From a virus (taxonomy: Duplodnaviria; Caudoviricetes), in IMG/VR virus record IMGVR_UViG_3300020440_000009, positions 24,567-88,566 of that record: 64,000 nt of DNA; one strand, 5' to 3'. The position numbers and the translations under genes are program-made. The notes below the pieces were generated by a model that had not been told where the DNA came from, ran no database searches, and worked only from the letters and a program-made list of their open reading frames with translations. Below, piece after piece: positions 57,870-64,000 of the stretch. The number at the start of each line of letters is the position of its first letter. Position 1 is the stretch's first letter.

Positions 57870-58705
57870 TTTGGGTTATACCTTTTTCTAAAGTCATCTA
57901 TACTATGTAATGTCTTATTCATTATATGATGTGGATGTTCGCCTTTATGTTCAAATAATAACCCATCATTTGTAATAAAATCACTTATCTGGAAAGGTGT
58001 TCTATGTCCAAACATTTGTTCATTTTTATCTACCCATGTTTCCTGATCATTCAAATCAAATTTTAAATATACTTCATCCATCCACTGAACTTTGTAGTTT
58101 TGCTCTGTTGGATATTCTGTTTCCCAGAACGCTCTCTTACAATATGGATCGAGTAATAAACTATAGTGATACATGTAACTATCATGTTTGAAAACATTTT
58201 CTTTTGGTCTGTTCCATCTTTGGAGGGGAACATAATGATCGGACTTATCAGTAATTTTAAAAAGTCTTCGTCTGTCATTCAACAGATAGTTTTGCATATT
58301 AATATAAAAGAACTTTTCTTTTGTTTCCACACAATCGTAGTCAGAATCGAATATGTTCTTTTTAATGTCTTCCCAATCTTCCTTGAAATAAAACTCATCA
58401 CAATCCAATAACCACACCCAGTTGCCAACTTCAAAGTTATCACTAGCTTGAAGCATGGCATTTAGTGTGGGTGTCTTAGATTCGTAATGTGTTCCACCAA
58501 AGTATGTTGGTACATATTTTACTTTTTTATTATCAAGATACAAACTTACTGTCTTGTAAGTGTCATCTTCAAAATGTTTTACGGCATCGGAATGATAACC
58601 AACGGACACAATAACTTCGTCACAATATTCTTGTGCTTGCTCAAGTGCTGGTCCTATAAATTCCTGACAAGCCCATGCGTTAATAAGTCCGATTACTTTA
58701 TTCAT
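57863..58705 (-). CDS. GT-A (GT2-like) glycosyltransferase
   Basis: IGPAL...CDEVIV, WVWLLDCDEFY, MYHY. Confidence 0.75.
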   Translation of the reverse strand: MNKVIGLINAWACQEFIGPALEQAQEYCDEVIVSVGYHSDAVKHFEDDTYKTVSLYLDNKKVKYVPTYFGGTHYESKTPTLNAMLQASDNFEVGNWVWLLDCDEFYFKEDWEDIKKNIFDSDYDCVETKEKFFYINMQNYLLNDRRRLFKITDKSDHYVPLQRWNRPKENVFKHDSYMYHYSLLLDPYCKRAFWETEYPTEQNYKVQWMDEVYLKFDLNDQETWVDKNEQMFGHRTPFQISDFITNDGLLFEHKGEHPHHIMNKTLHSIDDFRKRYNPKW

Positions 58706-58959
58706 TAATCTTCCAGTCGCTTCATGATGTGTGATGTCTCACCTAGATTAATAATTCTTTCTACAATCTCATCATAACTTCCTACAACTGTGAGTTCTTT
58801 ACCACATCTCAATCTGATTTCTGCACGGTTAGGAGACTTTGTTGATGTTTTAACATTAAGTCCATCGATAGCAATTAAACGTCTATTTTCAGGTACTTTT
58901 AATTCATTTGTAGGTTTGTTCCATTCTTGAATTGGAATAGTGTATACTTCAATAAACAT
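58705..58959 (-). CDS. Hypothetical protein
   Basis: 84 aa, AAGGA SD. Confidence 0.6.
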   Translation of the reverse strand: MFIEVYTIPIQEWNKPTNELKVPENRRLIAIDGLNVKTSTKSPNRAEIRLRCGKELTVVGSYDEIVERIINLGETSHIMKRLED

Positions 58960-58970
58960 ATTATTGTCCT

Positions 58971-59051
58971 TTACTTTTGTTGTGTCTTAAGTATATATGT
59001 AGCAAAAACGGCTACAGCGATTACCATCATAATTATATCAATACTTGTCAT
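58971..59051 (-). CDS. 26-aa hydrophobic peptide (absent from track)
   Basis: MTSIDIIMMVIAVAVFATYILKTQQK; TATAAT-N5-ATG. Confidence 0.45.
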   Translation of the reverse strand: MTSIDIIMMVIAVAVFATYILKTQQK

Positions 59052-59100
59052 GAGGTATTATACTAAACTGTAGCCGTTTTTATTATTTTTTTAGCTTATG

Positions 59101-59541
59101 CTATTTAACCTTGATCTCACGAGGTTTCTTACCTTCTGGTATGATTCTCTCAAGAGATACAGTTAAAAGTCCGTCTTTGAGTTCAGCATCCTTTACTTCG
59201 ACATCTTCTGCCAATGTGAAAGTTCTTGTAAACTTTCTTTTACTAATGCCTTGATGAACTAGACTTTCCTTTTTATCATCTGTCCATTTTTCATGATTAG
59301 ATGATATAGTTAGTTCGTTATCTGCATACTTAACACTAATATCATTCTTACCAAAACCAGCCAATGCGAGTTGAATGTCATAGGTAAAATCACCTGTCTT
59401 TTCAATGTTATATGGTGGATAGTTTCCTGATTGTGTTACTTCTTTGTTTTGATACATCTGCTCGAAATGGTCAAAGACACTATCGAAGCCGATTGTGAGT
59501 GGTCTTAATTGATTAAAGACCGATGCATAATTTGCTGTCAT
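59101..59541 (-). CDS. Small heat-shock protein Hsp20 (IbpA-like); probable start MTANY
   Basis: YPPYNI, ALAGF, HQGIS.R.F.R.F.L, DGLL; AAGGAG SD. Confidence 0.95.
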   Translation of the reverse strand: MTANYASVFNQLRPLTIGFDSVFDHFEQMYQNKEVTQSGNYPPYNIEKTGDFTYDIQLALAGFGKNDISVKYADNELTISSNHEKWTDDKKESLVHQGISKRKFTRTFTLAEDVEVKDAELKDGLLTVSLERIIPEGKKPREIKVK

Positions 59542-59593
59542 ATTTTTCTCCTTATTAAGCAAGTTAAACAATGAAACCCATTAGGCGTTTCAA
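59542..59593 (-). promoter_or_regulatory. ROSE-like RNA thermometer in the hsp20 5' UTR
   Basis: CTTGCTT-AAT-AAGGAG hairpin pairs UUGCU with the SD, with a bulged G; upstream TGAAAC/GTTTCA hairpin. Confidence 0.7.
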
Positions 59594-59641
59594 TGTGCAA
59601 TTATATTTACACCCTATTATACTACAATATTTTTTTAATTT

Positions 59642-59672
59642 AAAAAAAATACACACCTCGTTTGAGGTGTGC
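59642..59672 (-). terminator. Intrinsic terminator
   Basis: CACACCTC-AAAC-GAGGTGTG then a T tract on the minus strand. Confidence 0.8.
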
Positions 59673-59704
59673 AACCTAATCTTTAAGGATTTACTAACTA
59701 TAAA

Positions 59705-59917
59705 CTAGCCCGCAACTGCTAAAGCATCTGTACGAGCATGCCGGGTTTGTCCACCCGGACGGTAACACTTGTAATAGAAGTGACCGTGTGCATCAGTCAA
59801 ATGACCATCACGGCAGATTTTCCAGGTACGAGAATCTTTCTTACCTTTTCCAATCTGAACACTGTCTCCTGCAAAGAAACGCAAAGGACGACCTCTCATG
59901 CTACTTTTCTTAACCAT
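59705..59917 (-). CDS. Small basic hypothetical protein
   Basis: 70 aa, GGAG SD. Confidence 0.6.
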   Translation of the reverse strand: MVKKSSMRGRPLRFFAGDSVQIGKGKKDSRTWKICRDGHLTDAHGHFYYKCYRPGGQTRHARTDALAVAG

Positions 59918-59938
59918 AATATACTCCTTATTTTTGGT

Positions 59939-60142
59939 TTACTTGTAACGGTTAGACAATGACATCAATGTTGGAGCCCAAAGTCCAACAAAAATACCTG
60001 TCAATTTAGACATAGTTGGATGTGTACCAAATATAGGTACTTCCAACCAAATAAGAATAGACAAAACTACTGACGTAAGTGAAAGGTAAAAGAACCAATC
60101 GCTCTTTGTCATAGATGCTACTTTATTTAGATAATTACTCAT
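59939..60142 (-). CDS. Small 2-TM membrane protein
   Basis: FFYLSLTSVVLSILIW...GIFVGLWAPTLM. Confidence 0.7.
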   Translation of the reverse strand: MSNYLNKVASMTKSDWFFYLSLTSVVLSILIWLEVPIFGTHPTMSKLTGIFVGLWAPTLMSLSNRYK

Positions 60143-60157
60143 GATTTATATCTCCTA

Positions 60158-60520
60158 TTATTCAGCTTCTTCGGAAGATTCTTCTGAAGCTTGTTCCTGT
60201 GCTTGTAACTCCCTAGCTTGTGCAACCATATCTTTGATAACTTCATCTAACGCAGGCTTGAATTGTTCACAAGCTTCTGATAGATGTTTAGCTTCAAGGT
60301 TAGCTTGAATAGGGAAACTCTGTCCAGTTGGATCTTGAATTGTGGTCATCGCTATAAATACTGGATCACGACTTCCGTCAACTACATCAACACCTTTTTC
60401 ATCTACTGGAAAAAATGCTTTGATACCACCTGCTTCTAGGTCTGTGTAGCTTTCTTCTCGATACAGGCCATCAGCATTTACACTTGTCTGTATCTCAATA
60501 CTATCTTTTTCTTCCGACAT
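60158..60520 (-). CDS. Hypothetical acidic protein
   Basis: 120 aa, GGAG SD. Confidence 0.65.
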   Translation of the reverse strand: MSEEKDSIEIQTSVNADGLYREESYTDLEAGGIKAFFPVDEKGVDVVDGSRDPVFIAMTTIQDPTGQSFPIQANLEAKHLSEACEQFKPALDEVIKDMVAQARELQAQEQASEESSEEAE

Positions 60521-60541
60521 TACTATACTCCTTTTTTAAGT

Positions 60542-61207
60542 TTAAAGTGAACCCTTTTCAATTAGACTTACACAAGAGCCTTTACCTCTTGTTTCGTAAG
60601 CACCAACTTCTTCTAACATTTCATAATCATAATCTAGACCTTCAACTATCGCAGAACCGTCTGATAATGTCAACACACTAAATGATATTTTTTCAACATC
60701 AAAATTATTATCAGGAATTAAATATGCTCCAAAGCAACCCTTTTCCCATGATTGTACTTCAATCAGATGACTCTCTTTTGATGTATCTTTAATTCCCTCA
60801 TCATCACACTCAATACAACATGCTTGAATTTCTAAATCTTCATAAAGTACTTCTTCTTTATGATCATTTGACCAAAAATCAAAATTTTCGGGTTCTACAT
60901 CTGGGTAACGAGTAATTCTCATAACACCACTAGAATAATCTACACCTGTATGATGAATAATCTGTTCGGACATTTCGTACCATTGTGTATATCCGTCCAG
61001 GAATTGTGCTTCTTCGGGTATTCTGTTTTCTGCTATAAACTCTTCTCTATCAAAAGCAAATACATATTCATCAACATCATACTCTACTTCACCCTCTTCA
61101 TAATTAAGTCTATTGTCTTTCCAAAAATCATACTGATCTTGATCTAGTTTTCCTACAGATACTTCCGCACCTGATCCTAATAATTCAACTAAAATTGTTC
61201 CAGCCAT
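60542..61207 (-). CDS. Hypothetical acidic protein; probable start MAGTIL
   Basis: GGAG upstream of ATG 61207. Confidence 0.6.
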   Translation of the reverse strand: MAGTILVELLGSGAEVSVGKLDQDQYDFWKDNRLNYEEGEVEYDVDEYVFAFDREEFIAENRIPEEAQFLDGYTQWYEMSEQIIHHTGVDYSSGVMRITRYPDVEPENFDFWSNDHKEEVLYEDLEIQACCIECDDEGIKDTSKESHLIEVQSWEKGCFGAYLIPDNNFDVEKISFSVLTLSDGSAIVEGLDYDYEMLEEVGAYETRGKGSCVSLIEKGSL

Positions 61208-61208
61208 A

Positions 61209-61427
61209 TTATACTCCAGATGTATTCGCTGATGTTGTAGAATCACTAGTTGTGGTACTCGTGCTTGTCGTTGTAGATTTTGTTTCTTCTACTGTTTCTT
61301 CAACCACCTCTTCGGAAGACTGTTCAACCACTTCTTCTGTAAGACCGCCGGGTGTTTTATTTTTTGCTTCATATTCAGCACCTAAACTGCTTTCTACTCC
61401 GTCAGTATTATTTGTTCGCATTGGCAT
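61209..61427 (-). CDS. Low-complexity E/T/S-rich small protein
   Basis: 72 aa, GGAG SD. Confidence 0.5.
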   Translation of the reverse strand: MPMRTNNTDGVESSLGAEYEAKNKTPGGLTEEVVEQSSEEVVEETVEETKSTTTSTSTTTSDSTTSANTSGV

Positions 61428-62001
61428 TTTTATAATCTCCTTTTATTAACATCCATTTTATAGCTTCGCATGTTTGTGTAGGTGTTTCTTCTTCATTATT
61501 ATACACTATATCAAAATTTTTATAGTCATCTAATTGATTTTCTGACACATGTGACATTTTAGATGGATTTCTAGTTAAACGGATTACAATTCCACCAGAT
61601 TTTTGTATGGCTTCTACTTCATCTATAAATCTCACATCGGTGCAAGTTACAGTTTTATATTTTTTGGACTCTTGTATAAACAAATCAACCCAGGTACTAG
61701 AATGAAAAGACCTTACTACATCTGTGCCAAAATACTGTAAGAGTTCTCTACCTGTTAGATTGCTACCTATTCTATCTTCACTTAGCTGTGAGTTGTCACA
61801 TAACCAACTAGATACTTTTATGTGTATTTCATCATCTTTTTTCTCATAGAAGTTTTCAATAGGAATAGTGAATATGTTACTACATAATTCTTTTAAACTT
61901 TTTGCAAGAGGTATCTTAATATCAATAATACCTTCTCTTACTAGATAATCTCCTACGGTGTCCTTACCACTACCTGCTTTACCTGAAATACCAATAATCA
62001 T
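61408..62001 (-). CDS. Deoxynucleoside monophosphate kinase (T4 gp1-like)
   Basis: IIGISGKAGSGKDT, RELLQYFGTD..R, TDVRF.DE, H.SE. Confidence 0.9.
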   Translation of the reverse strand: MIIGISGKAGSGKDTVGDYLVREGIIDIKIPLAKSLKELCSNIFTIPIENFYEKKDDEIHIKVSSWLCDNSQLSEDRIGSNLTGRELLQYFGTDVVRSFHSSTWVDLFIQESKKYKTVTCTDVRFIDEVEAIQKSGGIVIRLTRNPSKMSHVSENQLDDYKNFDIVYNNEEETPTQTCEAIKWMLIKGDYKNANANK

Positions 62002-62029
62002 ATCTCATTATACATGTGATAAGATTTTT

Positions 62030-62275
62030 TTAATCATATTTTATCAAAGGATTTATGGGTAGCACTGGATTTTTTACAGTATATATGTCACCATTATCTA
62101 GTTCAATAATATCAATCGATGCATATAAAATACCTTCATTATCCTGTGTAGGGTCTATGTCTCTTGTAGCCGGATTCTTTCCGAAGTTAGTATACTTAGT
62201 ACCCTGAATGGTAATAAATGATTCTCCTGGACTTAGTGCCTCCACTTTTTCCCACCATGTATTTTCTTCACTCAT
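62030..62275 (-). CDS. Hypothetical protein; probable start MSEEN
   Basis: GAGG SD. Confidence 0.55.
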   Translation of the reverse strand: MSEENTWWEKVEALSPGESFITIQGTKYTNFGKNPATRDIDPTQDNEGILYASIDIIELDNGDIYTVKNPVLPINPLIKYD

Positions 62276-64000
62276 TATGTTCCTCATTCAGTATGTTAAT
62301 AAATTCAAAAGAACTCGCTCTTGAATTTCTATATTTATTATTTAAAAACAAAACAGCCGATGTGGCTTTTGTGTTTACTGGTTGAGGATAAGCATCGTTA
62401 CCTTGTAAAAAGCTGTTCATACCTTCTCGTTCGGGTGTTTCCATGAAAGGTACGGTTGCAGATGTTACTATATCAAGTCTATTTCCAAAATTACCATTAA
62501 ACCAGGGATAATATCTTCTATTAGTTGTATTAACTCCATAGTTTCCTTCACCTCTACAACCGTTCATGATAATACCTGAGATAGCGTCATTTAGTAGACT
62601 AGCTTTTGCTTGAACGGGTGTATATTCTGGGTGTGCTTGTAATTTCAAGGCTAAAACACCAGCAACTTGAGGTGAGGCCATTGATGTTCCTCCTATTTTA
62701 TGTATCTTAAAATTAGTATCTAATGGATATGTATTCCTTCCTCGAACATATTGCTCAGACAAAAGAAGAGATGGTTCTGTAGGGAAAGAACTCTGTATGT
62801 TTTCACCAAACGCATATATATCAATACCTGAACCATAGTTACTAAAATGGGAAGCCATGTATTTTGCACCTGATAGTATAGAAGAGGTTTCAACCATTGA
62901 GGCTCCGCTTGCTAAAGAACCTTGGGTTATTCTGATTGGTTCACCGCTTCCTGATCTATGATTTGGTATTGCATGATTCAGATAAGGTCTATATAATAAA
63001 TTTTGCATTCTATCTCGACTGAGTAAAGGTATGGCAGATCGTCCTGCACTAAGGGTATTATAATGACCACTTACAATACCGGTTATTTCTGGGTATCCAG
63101 AATGTGGTAAGTATCGAACTGTTTGTCCTCTAGCACCTGCACGATCTCCGTTTGAACCTTTTGACCAGCTATATTCATACCTCATTCCTGTTGATACTGG
63201 TTGTGAACTAAGTCCATGATGGTAAACGGTCATATCCATGATCATCTCATTAAATGACGATTCTCTTAGTGAACCAACTGTAAAATGTCTTTGTTGTTTT
63301 CCACCTGTAGTTCTATCACCGGGTGAATTACCACGAGTATAATGTTGAGCATCATATCCTTGATACTGAGGTAGATGTAAAAAATATGCGGCAGAATTCG
63401 GAACCGAAGACAAAGGTCCTGATGATAAAGGCGGAACTGAGGGTAAAGCAGATGGTGGAGCACCGATGTAATTACCCCAATTTGCGTGTTTTGGTGATGC
63501 TATATATCTTCTATCATTACCGGCCGCAACCACAACATGAATACCCTCGTCTATCATCTCACCAACATCTTGATCAAAGGCGTTGATTCTCACTGATCCT
63601 ACTGGAGTAAGTAGTGTGTTGGTTGATTCTGAACTATAAGGTAGGGGCGCCATAGGAAAAGCATAATTTCTTTCAAATCCGAATCTAGAGCGAATTGATT
63701 TTTCCGATTCATGAGTTTGAAATCTAAATGTTTCAGCGGAACCTTTTACTCCTTGAGATAGTAAAAAGGTCTCGTTTGTACTGGCTTTGTAGCCAACCAT
63801 ACCACTATAAGGGTACTGATTCCATGCTTGTCCATTACCAGCACTCTGCTGTGTAACACGACCGCTAAGAATAGGATCAAAATCGTAATTACCATAAGAG
63901 GCACTTAAAGGTAAAGGAATTATATTAGTCGCAGAAAGTGCCGTACTAAGAACTGACGGTGGTGTGCTTGTTGGATGAGAACCTGTACCTGATATTGTAT
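62268..64000 (-). CDS. Subtilisin-family (S8) serine protease, partial (frame open to the right end)
   Basis: HVVVAAGND oxyanion Asn, FSNYG..IDIYA.G, GTSMASPQVAG catalytic Ser; no stop from 63800 to 64000 in this frame. Confidence 0.9.
   Translation of the reverse strand, partial: TISGTGSHPTSTPPSVLSTALSATNIIPLPLSASYGNYDFDPILSGRVTQQSAGNGQAWNQYPYSGMVGYKASTNETFLLSQGVKGSAETFRFQTHESEKSIRSRFGFERNYAFPMAPLPYSSESTNTLLTPVGSVRINAFDQDVGEMIDEGIHVVVAAGNDRRYIASPKHANWGNYIGAPPSALPSVPPLSSGPLSSVPNSAAYFLHLPQYQGYDAQHYTRGNSPGDRTTGGKQQRHFTVGSLRESSFNEMIMDMTVYHHGLSSQPVSTGMRYEYSWSKGSNGDRAGARGQTVRYLPHSGYPEITGIVSGHYNTLSAGRSAIPLLSRDRMQNLLYRPYLNHAIPNHRSGSGEPIRITQGSLASGASMVETSSILSGAKYMASHFSNYGSGIDIYAFGENIQSSFPTEPSLLLSEQYVRGRNTYPLDTNFKIHKIGGTSMASPQVAGVLALKLQAHPEYTPVQAKASLLNDAISGIIMNGCRGEGNYGVNTTNRRYYPWFNGNFGNRLDIVTSATVPFMETPEREGMNSFLQGNDAYPQPVNTKATSAVLFLNNKYRNSRASSFEFINILNEEHNE

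Overview
64 kb of a large AT-rich T4-like (myovirus) phage genome, probably marine. The GroEL sequence and a BBP2-type outer-membrane barrel suggest a PVC-superphylum host (Verrucomicrobiota/Kiritimatiellota/Lentisphaerota); this is inference. 1-20.8 kb holds virion genes: baseplate gp5/gp27/gp53/gp48/gp26-gp51-like, neck gp13, terminase gp17, three tube-like paralogues, a LamG fibre and a 1419-aa YadA-repeat fibre. 20.9-37 kb holds rnh, a GIY-YIG nuclease, gp62, and a glycan-modification cluster (glycosyltransferases, sulfotransferases, HldD, RfaE2, methyltransferases, SemiSWEET). 37-64 kb is an accessory/early region with many micro-ORFs, ThyX, dCMP deaminase, dNMP kinase, GroEL, Hsp20 with a ROSE-like thermometer, an AAA/VWA-peptidase trio, a eukaryote-type protein arginine methyltransferase and a subtilisin. 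Best leads are the PRMT-like enzyme, a lambda G/GT-like -1 frameshift joining gp26-like to gp51-like, a polysaccharide-export-type barrel alongside a sulfated-glycan toolkit, and unexplained hairpin repeats and structured RNA at 41.2-42.5 kb. Family assignments come from motif recognition only; no database search was run.
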